Source: the human T2T-CHM13v2.0 reference genome, Homo sapiens
Reading direction: 5' to 3' (one strand)
Assembly (NCBI RefSeq): GCF_009914755.1
Contig: NC_060948.1
Length of the DNA stretch: 64,000 nt
The notes under the pieces: generated by a model
Databases searched by the model: none
Told to the model about the DNA's origin: nothing
The model's input: the letters and a program-made list of their open reading frames with translations, nothing else
Shown: one piece after another, positions 1-16,639 of the stretch
Numbering within the stretch: the stretch's first letter is position 1
Layout of the letters: each line of letters starts with the position of its first letter
Made by a program: the position numbers and the translations under genes

Positions 1-128
1 GTAGTTATAGATATGGTAATAGATATAGATGTAATACAGATATAGATGCAGTTATAGATATAGACATAGTTACAGTTATAAATGTAATTATAGATATAGA
101 TGTAGTCATAATTATAGATGTATAGACA
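1..128. repeat. Degenerate TAGATA/TAGATG-type simple repeat (continues beyond window start)
   Basis: Recurrent ...tagatatagatgta... units from base 1. Confidence 0.75.
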
Positions 129-136
129 GTTACTAC

Positions 137-189
137 TTTTACCATTACTCTTCATGGAAAAACCACAATTACTTTTGCATCAACCTAAT
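137..189. mobile_element. MADE1 (Hsmar1-derived MITE), right half
   Basis: ccattactcttcatggaaaaaccacaattacttttgcatcaacctaat matches the MADE1 spacer plus terminal inverted repeat (…AAAAACCGCAATTACTTTTGCACCAACCTAA). Confidence 0.8.
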
Positions 190-833
190 GTATTCTATAT
201 GATCTTAATTAAATAAGTGTGTTCTTTTCCTTATATTTGAAAATTTGTTCTGTGCATTTGAATATTTTTATCTCTAATCATACTTAGAAATCAATTCTAT
301 TTGGACAGTTACTTCTTAGGAATGAAAACAAAAATGGACCTTTAAGAAATATTGAGAATAAAAGGTTGACCGATCTGTTGTGCATTATAGTCTTGTAAAT
401 TCAGGAGGAGCAGTTCCCAAGTGTTAACTGTGGCTCCACTATTTTTGGGTGGACACACACACACACGCACACACACACAATCATGATCCTACTCATCCCA
501 CATCTCTGTCTCCAGAAAGACAGCCAATGTATTAGTGCAATATAATGAACAAGTAGGTAAGTAGGTACCTACCTGCTTTGCTTCCTCTAGCTGATGAATG
601 AAAATTTTAATGTAAGAAACAAAATTTCAGTCCTCTCATTGACTCAGTTCTAACAAAATTGATGATTCTGACTCAATCAACAGAGAAATGAATAAAGTAC
701 AAAAATTAGTGAAGCTGATGCTATTTTCCCAAAAATCTTCCCTTACGATTATACACCAAAAATATTTAAGAACAGATAATTAATGTTTTTAAAAAGAGGG
801 TTTCTCTGTGCAAATATTCTCAACAGTACTGTA

Positions 834-1115
834 TTTTTTTTTAAGACATCATCTAGCTCTGTCACCCAGGCTGGAGTGCAGTGGCACAATTTCGGCTCAC
901 TGCAACCCGAGTTCAAGTGATTCTCCTGCCTCAGTCTCCAGAGTAGCTAGGAATACAGGGACCCACCACCATACCTGGCTAATTTTTTATATTTTAGTAG
1001 AAACGGGGTTTCACCATGCTGCCCAGGCTAGTCTTGAACTTGTGAGCTCAGGCAATCCGCCCACCTTGGCCTCCCAAAGTGTTATGATTACAGGCATGAG
1101 CCACTGTGCCCAGCC
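834..1115 (-). mobile_element. Alu (S-type, diverged, small internal deletion)
   Basis: Poly-T followed by both antisense Alu arms, ending ccactgtgcccagcc. Confidence 0.95.
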
Positions 1116-1671
1116 AATACTATTGTATTTTAAGTCAGCAATATAGTGACAAGGCAAAAGGAGTAAGGAAAATATTATTATGCAATACAGTTACAAGAAC
1201 TGCAATTTCTATTACAATGGTAAATTGGACTCTCAATATATTCAACTTTCTTCAGTTCTCCCAAACCTCAATCCCACACACCCATCATAGTGCTTAATGA
1301 ATCCCTCTTCTCTTCTACAGTTCTGTAAAGACGTGTCATTATTTGGTGTTCATTTTCTTAAATAGCATTTCCTCTCCTGCCTTCTATCAGCACAACTACT
1401 GAAAGTACTTTTAATGTTTGTTGCTAAGTAGCTTAAAACTTTTGCAGTACCTTTTTATGAGAATTCACAGCCATGTGACTGTATCCCTGAATTCCCTGGG
1501 TGACATTGTTTCTTTGTCACCTAGCAACTGCTATGAAGAAAAAGTGAGTAAGAGACAAACATTGGTTGAGTTACATTTTAGAGATGGAGGATTGCTTGTT
1601 ACTGAAGCATCACCTTGTGTATCTGATAGATATATCACTGTTCTGAAGTTGTACAATGGCACCTTGGAACT

Positions 1672-2038
1672 TGATATAGTTTGACCATGTCCCCATGAAA
1701 ACCTCATCTTGAATTGCAACTACCATAATCCCCATGTGTCACTGGAGGGACAAAATGGGAGGTAATTGAATCAGGAGAGCTAGTCTTTCCTGTGCTGCTC
1801 TTATGATAGTTAATAAGTCTTAGGAGAGCTGATGCTTTTATAAAGCAGAGTTTCGCTGTACACACTCTCTTACCTGCCGCCATATAAGATGTGACTATTT
1901 TGTTCCTCATTTGCCTTCCACCATAATTGTGAGGACTTCCCAGCCATGTGGAACTGTGAGTTCATTAAACCTCTATCCTTTATAAATTACCCAGTCTTCA
2001 GTATGTCTCTATTAGCAACATAAGAACAGTCTAATACA
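1672..2038 (+). mobile_element. THE1-family MaLR solo LTR
   Basis: tgatatagtttg…ctcatcttgaattg…cctttataaattacccagtc…ctaataca; 5-bp TSD gaact/caact. Confidence 0.92.
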
Positions 2039-2312
2039 CAACTCATCTAAGAAATCCCTCAAACTCTGTGACTATTCATAGCATGTATTACTGTGTCTTC
2101 TGTTTTAAATTTGCATCTTCTTCTTTTGGGTACTCTCAAAGTCTCAGAACTCACTGCTTTTACACCCTGCCCAACATCACTGTTTGAAAATCTGCAAGTT
2201 GAATACAGTGTTTAAGTAATTCACTCTAAAGTATCAATAATATTAATACAAGGGACTACTCATTCAAGACTTTTTTGGTTATTCAGGAATTTATTAACAT
2301 GACATAATTTCT

Positions 2313-3226
2313 TACTATGGTATAAATGTTTCTGTTCCCTCAAAATTCATATGTTGAAAACCTAATAATCTATGTGATTGGTTTATGAGGTGGGGCCTTT
2401 TGGAGGTGAAGAAGTCATGACCGATTGGAGACCTTCTAAAAGTTACCCCAGAAAGCTTCCCTGCCCCTTCTACCATTTGAGGATTCAGAGAGAGTTCAGC
2501 AGTCTGCAACCCAGAAGGTGACACTTATCAGAAACTGACCATGCTGACACCCTGGTCTTAAACTTCTCAGGCAACAGAACTGTCAGAAATAAATGTCTAT
2601 TGTTCATGAATTACCCAGTTTATGATATTTTGTAATAGCACCTTGTATTAGTCAGGGTTCTCTAGAGGGACAGAACTAATAGGATAGATGTATATATTAA
2701 AGGGAGTTTATTAGGGAGTATCGACTCAAATGATCACAAGGTGAAGTCTCATATAGGCCTTCTGCAAGTTAAGGAGCAAGGAAGCCAGTAGTGTCTCAGT
2801 CCAAGTCCCAAAAGCAGGGAAGCTAAGAGTGCAGCCTTCAGTCTGTGACTGAAGGCCTACAAGCCCCTGGCCACCACTGGTGTAAGTACAAGAGTCCAGA
2901 ATCCAAAGAACTTTGATTCTGATGTTCAAAGGCAGAAAACATCCAGCATGGGAGAAAGACAAAGACCAGAAGACTCAGAAAATCCGCCTCTTCCACCTTC
3001 TTCTAACTGCTTTTTGTAATCAGCTGGCAGCCAATTGGATGGTGCCCACCACCTTGAAGGTAGGTCTTTCTGAAGGTGGTTTTTCCTCTCCCTGACTCAA
3101 ATGTTAATCTCTTCTGGCAACACTCAGAGACATCCAGATACAGTCAGAAACAATACTTTGCATCCTTCAATCTAATCAAGTTGGCAATTAATATTAATCA
3201 TCACACAGTCCAAATGGACTAAGCCA
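2313..3226 (+). mobile_element. MLT1A/MST-type MaLR LTR, interrupted by MLT2 near its 3' end
   Basis: aaattcatatgttgaaaacctaat…gaggtggggcctttggagg…agaactgtcagaaataaat; the terminal cagtccaaatggactaagcca resumes after the MLT2 insert. Confidence 0.8.
2644..3205 (-). mobile_element. MLT2B-type ERVL solo LTR nested in the MaLR LTR
   Basis: tgtattagtcagggttctctagagggacagaactaatagg…caagttggcaattaatattaatcatcaca termini. Confidence 0.92.
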
Positions 3227-3304
3227 ATATTAAATTCCAATAGTTAAATTCAGCTCTATGAGGACAAAGACTTTGAGTGTACATAACTATGTGACCTATT
3301 GTTT

Positions 3305-3640
3305 TCAAATCCTTTGGATACATACCTAGATGTGGGGATCATATAGTAATTCTATTTTTAGGTTTTTGAGAAAACTCCATGAGGCTTTATAATGCCTGTA
3401 AAGTTTACATGCCCAACAAAAGTAAATGGTGTGTTTCAAAACTGTAAGAGAGTGCATTTTGAATGTTGTCATGACCAAAAAAAAAATTCAATGTAATAAA
3501 TATGTTATTTAGTTTGATTTTAAGCATTTTATACATATATCACAAAATCACTCAAATCCATAAATATATAAATATATGTCATTATAATTTGCCAATTTAT
3601 AAGAAAATAATATTTTTAAAAAAGACTTCTTTACAATAAA
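3305..3640. mobile_element. Old L1MA fragments (minus-strand piece then plus-strand 3' end)
   Basis: tttggatacatacctag…ggatcatatagtaattctattttta (antisense), then aagagagtgcattttgaatgtt… with A-rich tail (sense). Confidence 0.6.
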
Positions 3641-4762
3641 AAAGATTTTGAGAAATTTGCCCCTCAAGGTACATGAGAATATGCAAGAAGAATTAGTGTT
3701 ACTTAAGATTATCAATTCAAGTTTTCATCCATGTTTAGTTAAATCTGAATGTTCTTTTAAATCTTATTTTTGGAATGAAATGATCAATATAGAAAAATTA
3801 AACTTTTTAAATATATATATGTATTAGTATGTAAGATTTATGTCATATCTGTATAATTTCATTCAAATTACCTGAACAGAACATGGGTTGTGGTGAAAAT
3901 TTATAAAATGGGATTACTACCCCTGGTTTCTTATTGAAATGAGGTTTCCAACCCAAAAGCTTCAAATTTTAACAGGAAAACGCTATGCATTATGTAACAA
4001 AAGCACCTAGACAGTTATGGTAAAGCTGATAGAGCTTGAAGATAAAATAAAATTTTACTCTGTAATAACATCAATTCCTAATAGCACTTTTTCATATTTT
4101 AAGTGAAAATATTATGCTTTTTAAAGAGAAGATGCTATAAGGAAATATAAATGATAGGCTTTCACACAAAAAAATGTTTGCTGGCAATATCCAGAAATGG
4201 GTATTAAAATGGACACAATGCATTTTACTACAGCCATGAGCTATGTAAGACATGATGTTCTTCTTAGTTTACTGTGTTGGGCAAGGCCCAGTGTTTCAAT
4301 TCAGTTGAATCTGACTTTCACTCATTATTTAAATATGTTCCTTAATCTGCTTGAATCTTAGTTCACATATGCAAAATAGAAGTAAGCTAAATTTGATAGA
4401 CATACATTGTAGAGCTTAGTTACAAGGCTCATACGTGGTCAAAGAGGGAGAAATGTGAGATGGAAAAGATATGCCCTGCATGGAAAACTGTTCCTTGTGA
4501 ATAATCCAACTTTCCGGGTCCTGAGGAGAATCAATTTTTACTTGAAGTCTATCATGTGAAGACAGGTTGTAGAAAACACTTACAAAACGAATTGGACATA
4601 CCAAAGAGGTGACTGAGTCTCCTTTAGTAGGGGAGAAGGAAGTTAAATAGAAGTTGGAGACAAGATTGCCCCAGTTCTTGGCTGCAAACCTGAGTTTTTT
4701 TTAATGGGGGTAAAGCAGAATCATTTTACTTATCATGGATGACACTTAGGTCAGCAGTGAAA

Positions 4763-6005
<1,243 letters not shown>

Positions 6006-6069
6006 AAGATGCACAAAGTTAACCATGAAAGTTTCACTTGAAAGCTACACTTTTCAGCTTTATTGTACA

Positions 6070-6945
<876 letters not shown>

Positions 6946-7621
6946 CCTCAGTCTTTCAAATAGATAAAACATTTATGAACAGTTGATTTCTTGCAGATTA
7001 TATTTCTTATATCTCCTCTAAAATGTTAGCAAACAGTGATGTTACTATTAAGGATTTGATAGCCTAAGAAGATGTTCTAAAATTAGAATTATATTACTTG
7101 ATGTGTTAAATGTACTTTATATTAACTCCATATGGTCAGTCAAATATTTATCTGAGAATAAGAGTACACCAGCATTTAATTTCTTCAATCACCACAGAAG
7201 TTTCTAGATTGTTTACATTGGCATCAACAGGATAGTATTGCAAACATACATCTCCAGTCAATGGTATGACCTAAATGTCCACCAATAGGTGGACATATGT
7301 AAAATTTCAACATATGTTAAATGTGTGTATTTTCAAGAAAGGTAGTTCCTTTAAAATACCCTATTTCATTCTAGACCACAGAGTGTATGTAAAAAAATGC
7401 AAGCTTATTATAAGCATCTTTGAAGTGTTTGTTCTATCCCTTTAGAGTACATAGTGAATAATTTTGGAGACTGGGTGACTATTTTTCATTCACCAGTTTC
7501 TTTTTCTCCAATTTTTCCTGTGTGACACTGATTCTTTTTATTCAGCAAAATAATGACTAACACTTTGAATACTTATTTTAAACCAATAAACAGAGACATA
7601 GGTTGTTGTTTGTTTATTAGG

Positions 7622-7906
7622 TTATTATGTTTTATTTATTTATTTATTTATTTTGAGACAAGGTATCGCTCTATCACCCATGCTGGAGTGCAGTGGCATA
7701 ATCACAGCTCACTGCTGCATCTATTTCCCAGGCTCAAAAGATCCTCCAACCTCAGCCTCCAGAAGAGCTAGGACTACAGGCCTACATCTCAAAACCAGCC
7801 TTTTTTGTGTGTGTGCTTTTTGGAGAGATGAGGTTTTTCCATGTTGCCCAGGCCTGTCTCAAAGTCCTGGACTCAAGCAATCCTCCCATTTTGGCCTCCA
7901 AAAGTG
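7622..7906 (-). mobile_element. AluJ (5'-truncated)
   Basis: J-type cacagctcactgc…caggctcaaaagatcctcc; (TTTA)n tail. Confidence 0.9.
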
Positions 7907-8587
7907 AAGATCTATTTTTTAAAGATGTGGATTCCTTCTGCAAGCCAATAGGATGAAGAACATTTAAAAATATAAATATGGCTTTGAAATTGTCAGAGTT
8001 CATCATTCTTCAATGTGACTCACTTATTAGGCACATTATTTGCTTCCTCACATTGTGTATTCCCAAAATGCTGATTTTATTGTGGGTGTGATTGTTGGTA
8101 TATGACTGTCTGATTAGAAACCATGAAAAAGTATTCAGTTCAACTTTTCTATGTTGTATATATTTACTGATTGTGAATAGATTACCATGTCATTTCTTGA
8201 GTTCAGAAGTGGCCAAAAGTACCCATGTGAAAAATTACATTTTTAAGTAAAACAATTATGCCATACTTGCACATTTATCTTTTCCCTCAAATGTAATTCA
8301 ATACAATGTTTTACACCACCAATGAAAGTCACCATAATGGTACCTTTCCTTTTGCAAGGCAAGTTATAATCTGATTATCATCCTTGATTGAACAAGTTAA
8401 ATCTAACTGAATCTTCTTTAGTCAGGGAAAGATTATGTTGTACCCTCTATCCGACGATGATTTTCTTGGAAAAGGCAGGCCAATATAAAGTATTAAAAGA
8501 ATTAGTTGTTGTACTGTTTAAATATGTAATTTCAAGCACTGTTTACAGAATTCTCAATTTGTGGGGTCCCCAACGGCTAATGGTTGA

Positions 8588-8938
<351 letters not shown>

Positions 8939-9544
8939 TTATTTCTTCATTAAACTAGGGCAGGAGAGAAATAAGGGTTTAGAAAATAATTAACTTTAAA
9001 AATATCCTTAAATTAATAACTCTTTTTTCATTTTTAAAAATCCCCTGAGCATAAGAATACATGAGCGCTTTCCATTTTAAATGAATTTTTATCTTTTCGA
9101 TGTTTATTAAGATGTTACAGGATTTGCCGTTTAATCCAGAAGTTGTTCTATCATCAGAAAATAACATGCTACTAAAGAAAACGTAAACTTATTGGATAAA
9201 TTCACAGATATATATTGTGTAGATTCTAAAAGCTGATCTATATTTATTACATTATATTTGCTTTTAAAACCTACTACTTATGGCTTCAGGAAAAAATTCC
9301 CAGGTTATTTTTTTTCTAATCTTGTTTTATTCTCCTGAGATTGATAAGTAACTTATTTATCATGACTAATCTATCATGGCATGGCACATGTTGCAAATGT
9401 ACTCCACATTTTGAGAGTAATATTGATGTATGGATACTTTTAGGCCGTATGGCTATGAGGAAAACTCAATGATCTGGTCGAATACTTCACAAAAAAATGT
9501 TGCTTTGTTTTAGAATATAGTTATGTTTTAAATTTGAGATTGGT

Positions 9545-10202
9545 CTCTCTCTCTCTCTGTCTCTCTCTTATATGTATGTGTATGTATACATGTGTGTAGG
9601 ATATACATATCTATTAACTATTTATATATCTGTCATTTACCCATTTCTATCTATAACTTTTCTAAGCATTTGGATATATACTTACAATTGAAAATTATTC
9701 TACAGTTTTATACATATATATCTAAATATATACATCTAATATATATATAAATATATATATATAATTATATATAAATATATATTTTATTATACACATAAAT
9801 AATATATTTATAAAAATATATTAGATATATTTAGATATATATGTTTAAATATATATATTTAATATACATTTAATATAGATATATATGTTTAAATATACAT
9901 ATGTTTAAATAGATATCTCTCTGTATATATAACTGTAGAATAATCTACAATTGAAAGTATATATCCAAATGCTTAGAAAAGTCATAGATAGAAATGGGTA
10001 AATGACAGATATATAAATATATATCTAAATATATATAGATATACATTTGACAGATATATATGACAAATATATAAATATATATCTAAATATATATAGATAT
10101 CTAAAATATAGATATCTAAATATATATAGATATCTAAAATATAGATATCTAAATATATATAGATATCTAAAATATAGATATCTAAATATATATATATATA
10201 TA
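9545..10202. repeat. TA-rich low-complexity block containing an 89-bp inverted repeat and a ~33-bp tandem unit (x3 at ~10078-10190)
   Basis: Arms 9619-9707 and 9931-10019 are reverse complements; the unit atatctaaatatatatagatatctaaaatatag repeats. Confidence 0.9.
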
Positions 10203-10203
10203 G

Positions 10204-10442
10204 TTTTTCTTTTGTTGTTTGTTTTTGTTTGTTAATTTTTGACAAACAGGCTGGAGTGCTGTGGCGCAATCTCAGCTCACCGCACCTCTGCCTCCCAGGC
10301 TCAAAGGAGTTTCACGACTCGGCCTCCTCAGTGGCTGGAATTACAGGCCTGTGTCACCACATCTGGGTAAATTTTTTGTGTTTTTAGTAGAGATGAGGTT
10401 TTTCCACGTTGCCTAGGCAGATCTCAAATTCCTGGCCTCAAG
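10204..10442 (-). mobile_element. Diverged, truncated Alu (J-like)
   Basis: caggctggagtgc…cctcccaggctcaaa…tttagtagagatgagg…cctggcctcaag. Confidence 0.85.
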
Positions 10443-10446
10443 TATG

Positions 10447-10749
10447 TTTGGTTTTTAAATCTTCCATAAATAGTACTAACCCATGTATATCTTCATATAA
10501 CTTGCTCTTTTAGCTTAACATTAGTTTTTTCAGGTATATTCATGTTGAGATGTGTGTGTGTGTGTGTTTGTGTGTGTTTATACACACACAGAGTATATTT
10601 TGTTTTTATATCTTCCATAAATTATATCAACCCATATATATCTTTACATAACTTTCTCTTTTAACTTAACATTAGATTTTGCAGGTATATTTGTGTTGAG
10701 ATGTGAGATTGTGTGTATGTGTGTGTGTGTGCTTATACCTACACAGAGT
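10447..10749. repeat. ~150-bp tandem duplication of an L1M-like fragment plus (TG)n
   Basis: atcttccataaat…ttaacattag…caggtatatt…gttgagatgtg…acacagagt occurs at 10447-10594 and 10598-10749. Confidence 0.85.
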
Positions 10750-11148
10750 TTCCCCAAATACAGTGTTTTGATTTTATGATGGTGTAAAACTGATATGCAT
10801 TCAGGGGAAACCGTACTTAGATTTTTCAGTGCTGATCTTTTCCTGGGCTAGCAATATGTAGTAGGGCATTCTCTCCAGATGCTGGACAAGAGTAGGGAGC
10901 CAAAGCTCCCAGTCAGCCCTGAGATCATGAGGGTAAGCAATTTGACTCCACAGTGAAATGTGTTGCCAAATGGTTTTGTTCAACTGCAGGCTAATGTGAC
11001 TGTTCTTAGCACATTTTAAGGTACGCTGGTCAAAGTCATCATGTTCAGTAAGCTAAGTATATTCAGTGCATTTTCAATTTACAATATTTTCAACTTACAA
11101 TAGGTTTATCAGAATGCAACCCCATCATAGCCCATCAAAAAGCCTATG
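10750..11148 (-). mobile_element. MER47B-like Tigger DNA-transposon relic
   Basis: cttttcctgggctagc…ctcccagtcagcc…gcattttcaatttacaatattttcaacttacaataggtttatc…aaccccatcatag. Confidence 0.8.
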
Positions 11149-11157
11149 TACTTACAT

Positions 11158-11265
11158 AAAGTCATACATTGCTTAATAAGGGGGATACACTCTGAGAAAT
11201 GCAACATTAGGTGGTTTTACCATCGTACAGACGTCATGGAGAGTACTTACACAAACATAGGTGAC
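11158..11265 (+). mobile_element. Tigger3 (Golem) 5' fragment
   Basis: agtcatacattgcttaataagggggatacactctgagaaatgc…gtacttacacaaac. Confidence 0.75.
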
Positions 11266-11576
11266 ACACATATTTTCATTTATTTATGTTTTTATGTGAA
11301 AAGCTAAATTTCTCAGCACTATTGCTTAATATCAGTCATTTTCCCTACTTGATCTGCAATGCCAGTATCAAGTGTGATATATTAGGTTTCTGTGTATGCT
11401 TCATTATAACCTTTAACTTTTAGGACTATATATATAAATATGTATATGATATATATGAGATACACATTTCCACATATATGCATATACATACACATATATA
11501 CACACACATATACATAAAACAGTCTTTGCTTGATATGGCTCTATATTAATAAACAATAAGTATTTTATTTATTCCT

Positions 11577-11743
11577 CTTTTTTTTTTTCTGAGACAGGGT
11601 TTCACTCAGTTGCCAGACTGGAGTGCAGTGGCATTGTCATAGCTCACTACAGCCTCAACTTCTTGGGATAAGGTGATCCTCCAGTCTCAACCTCCCAAGT
11701 AGCTGGGACTGCAAGTACATACCACATCACAACATCTGGCTAA
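11577..11743 (-). mobile_element. AluJ right arm / FRAM-like monomer
   Basis: catagctcactacagcctcaac…gatcctcc…gctgggact; ends at tggctaac. Confidence 0.8.
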
Positions 11744-11745
11744 CA

Positions 11746-12048
11746 GTTTTTTTGTTTTGGAGACAGAGTGTCTCTCTGTCCAGCCTGAGTTCAGTGGACA
11801 ATATCGGCTCACTGCAACCTCTGCCTCCTGCATTCAAATGATTCTCATACCTCCGACTCCCAAGTAACTGGGACTACAGGCATCGGCCACCATGTTCAGC
11901 TAATTCTTTTTTGTGTGTGTATTTTAGTAGAGACAGGGTTTCACCATGTTGTCCAGGGTGGTATCAAACTACTGAGCTCAGGTAATCTGCCCTCCTCAGG
12001 CTCCCAAAGTGCTTGTAGGATTACAGGTGTGAGCCACTGCACTTGGTC
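11746..12048 (-). mobile_element. AluS inserted at the end of the preceding monomer
   Basis: Full dimer flanked by tggctaac on both sides. Confidence 0.9.
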
Positions 12049-12814
12049 TTGGCTAACTTGTAGAGTTAGGATTTCTTGGTCACACAGGCTATTGGTTCCT
12101 GTATTGATGAAAAATAAGATTACTTCCTGCTCACCTCTTACAGTATTCAAACTGTTAAATAAAATCTCCAAATGTTTCTCAGTGCAGAGACTGATGTGGA
12201 GTGCTTGTGTTTGACAGCTTTCATTTCTTTGGGGCATGTAAAATGTCAAGGAGAAACAGCCTAATTTTCTCTGTGGTATATATGATCAATGAGTGATACT
12301 TAATAATTTAGTACACAAACATATGTATGACATTTCCCGAACTACAGAGGCCAACAAAAGTCCGCAGAAGCCCTGTTCCTTGGGAGAACACTGTTTTCTC
12401 TACCCTCTGGGATTCACGCAGAGGAATAAGGACATCCTTCGGCAACTGCGTGTCAGCTTTGGGGTAACTTAGGAAAAGACTTACCATGTTTCTGTTTCAT
12501 CCCTCATTCTACATAGCCTGAATGAGTGTTCTTGTTTATTTGAGCATTTACGTGTCCATCTTCCTCTCTGTACATGAAAGCACCTATCCTTCATTCTGTA
12601 GTAAAAACACCCTTGCTATAATTGTCTATCTACACCCAGCTTTTTGTACCAAATATTTGGATGATTCAACCCTTTGCTTGTTGTCATGACCACTAGCACA
12701 ACCCTTGTCTTTATTTTTGGCAATAACCAAGTTCCTACACTCCTTCTCCTTAAGTAACTTGAAACTTGCTTTCATTTTTCCTCCATCCCTCCCTGGTATC
12801 TCCAAACAATGAAT

Positions 12815-13116
<302 letters not shown>

Positions 13117-14477
13117 TAAACCATGAATCTTCATTACAAAAGTTGTATTGCCTTCTTCTCTGTTCCTACGTGACAGTCTCAGACAATCAAATTCTGTCAT
13201 TCAGCTAGTATTTTCTAGTATTCCAATTCTTGCACAACTTCAATGTAATCTACACTGGAATATAAAATCCACTCACCTGACCTTTGTTCATTGTCTCTTC
13301 TCTCCCATATTTGGAAGTAGGAACTGTTTGAACAGCCCTGTATAACAAATAACATCGGCATTTACTTAGTACCTCTAGGAAATCTTTTGTGATTAACTAT
13401 AATCCCTCTTCCAAATCATTTTGAAATTTTAGGAAATATCATGGATAATCAGGTAATTTTATTTGATTAATTGGCTATTTGATAAATGTTCTATTTCTCT
13501 GTAACAGCTCCACTAACAAAACAAGTTAAACTCCAACGGGCTTTAAGTTCTCTCCAATGTCACAGAATATATTCCCAGTTTGCTATTCTTTTCTTAAGAG
13601 TGCATGGTATGTATATTGATATATCCCTTTTTACTGTCTTTATGTGACAATTATAAATAAATACTGATCAATAAATATATATTGCTTTGAGTGAGTGAAT
13701 GAGTATTTTGGGTCTAATTTGTAATATGCCTATTCTCAATCTCTTTTATATTGTTATCATTTCTTATTCTATATTTCTGCTGTAATCTAATTTTTGTGCA
13801 AAACAAAGATTGTTTCTTCCTCAAGTTGCTAATTTTTGCCAGTTAAACCTACTTGCTGGAATCAAAAGTACATTTTCATGTAAATGTAGTCACGTTTGTA
13901 TTTTTGGTAAAAACTTAATCTTTTTAAATTGCCTAAGATTCCTCTATTGATTTTTTTTCCTCTTGATGGAATTAATCTTCTCATTGTAAATTAAATAGCA
14001 GTACAATTTTGTAGGACCAATCCTATTTTTAAAATGCCTTGTTTCATCAATTCTATATATTTCCTAAAAGCCACAAGGCTATAACATCCTTCAGTTTTAT
14101 CTGACAATGTTTCCACAAAAATTTTTACACATATTCAGAAATATTTCATAAATTTTGTTATTGACTGAAGGTTTCTGTTTCTTCAAAACATATGTTGAAG
14201 CCCTAATCTCTAATGAGCTGGTACTAGGAGTGGGGGTCTTTGGGAGGAAATTACGTTTAGATTAGGTCAGGAAAATGGGACACCATATTGGGATTAATGT
14301 TATTAGAAGAAGAGGAAGAGAAACCAGAACTTCTTTTCACTGCTATGTGAGGGCACAGTGAGAAGGCAGCCATCTGCAGATAAGGAAGTGACACCTCACC
14401 AAACACTGAATCTGCTAGTACCTTAATCTTGAACTTACAGCCTCTGGAACTGTGAGAAATACATGTCTATTGTTTAA

Positions 14478-15043
<566 letters not shown>

Positions 15044-16639
15044 TAAGCTGTCAAGCCTGTGGTATACTACTGCAGCAGCCAGAACTGACTAAGACATATA
15101 TTATTAGGATTTACATATATTTCCCACAGAACACAGTTGAAATACACACCCATTGTGTTTAATATTTAACAAGTTATTACTGAACTTCACTTTTTTTTTC
15201 TTGTCTATGAATGTATTGTTGAATTTCCTTATGGGAATCTTTTTATAAAATGCTATGTCACTTCAGCCCTGTGAAGTCTGTGTGTATACTACAGGATGAT
15301 TGCTGAAGACTTTGTTTTCCCCCATTTTTACTTGAGTTAGGATCTTGGTTGTGGTTAAGTATGTCAGAAAGCTACATCAGAGTGAGATCTGAGTGATGAC
15401 AGCTGTCACTGGGCAGGGGTTCTGTGACTTGAGTTTCTTAGTAGGGGTTTTTATGGGAACAGTTCTGCATTTAGCTTGGTATTTCTCCTGCATGGGTCAC
15501 TTCTGGTTTTGAAACATCCATATTAATTTTTAAAGTTCTTACAAATTTGATTAACTAACAACCACAAGTAAATTCATTTCTGCTTAACCTACTTGGAAGA
15601 CCTGCTATTTTAAAGGCTAATTCATGGAAATATGAGTTTAATCATCCTAGATTTAATTAATGGTTCAGTTAGTGCTTTTATAGGGGAGCGCTAGGATTCC
15701 TACTATAAGGCTAATCTTTTCTAAGCTCGTCATTCTTTTGCAGTTACAATTTCATCTCTCTTGTATCATATCTATTTTTTGCATTATTCATAAACTGGCA
15801 CTTGAATTTTAAGAGATACGTTGTTAAGCAAAATTTTAAAATGTTACAGTTAGTCCATAATTAGTCCAAAGAAATATATATTCATCTCAAGGACATTAAG
15901 TCAAGCCAATATGTTGCAAAACCTATTTTGTGTGTATTCCCTGACTTTAAAATTAGGTTTTCAAAAAGATTACTCCCAAGGATTTGAGATCAAACCTCAA
16001 CCCTCAACCCTCATATTATACTGACATTTTAAGAGCAATCATTTGCAATATATATAGGTATGTCCACATTAAATGCCCATGTATATTTTTGGGTAGTTTT
16101 CATTATATATTTTTCATTATTGTTCTGAGTTAAGAATCTCTAAGTTATTACTAAAAATTCCCTGAGATGATACTTCCTGATCATTTATGACTCTACATGT
16201 TTCTCCAAAAATAACAATTGTGTATTTTAGCATGTGGTTACAAGCTCCAAATAAAAGCCTGTAGGTTTACAAGACTTGGGATTTATCTCTACTTTCTGTG
16301 ATAGGTGTCAAATGAATGCCGTCTTATTGGATTTGTTTTTCCAGCAGCCGATATTTCTCATCCACAAGAAGCTCCAGTTCAATTCAAAATTTTGTATTAA
16401 TAACCCGAATATCTACCAAGTCAAGAAAATTTTTTTAGAAAAGCAAAGAATTTATGAACTTACCACATTAAAATAATAACTTTTAATGTCTGGAGGCATT
16501 GCTTTCATGTCTAATTTTTTTTTCTTTGAGCAGAGATAAATGACTTACATATTCGGTATCATATATTATATGCTACCTTATTTGCTACCTTATTTGCTAA
16601 CTTATATGCTACCTTATTTGTCTTCTGTTGATTTAACAT

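Noticed and set aside
3305-3640. Possible twin-primed L1MA
   Set aside because: The opposite-orientation fragments are too diverged to show a shared subfamily or a TSD.
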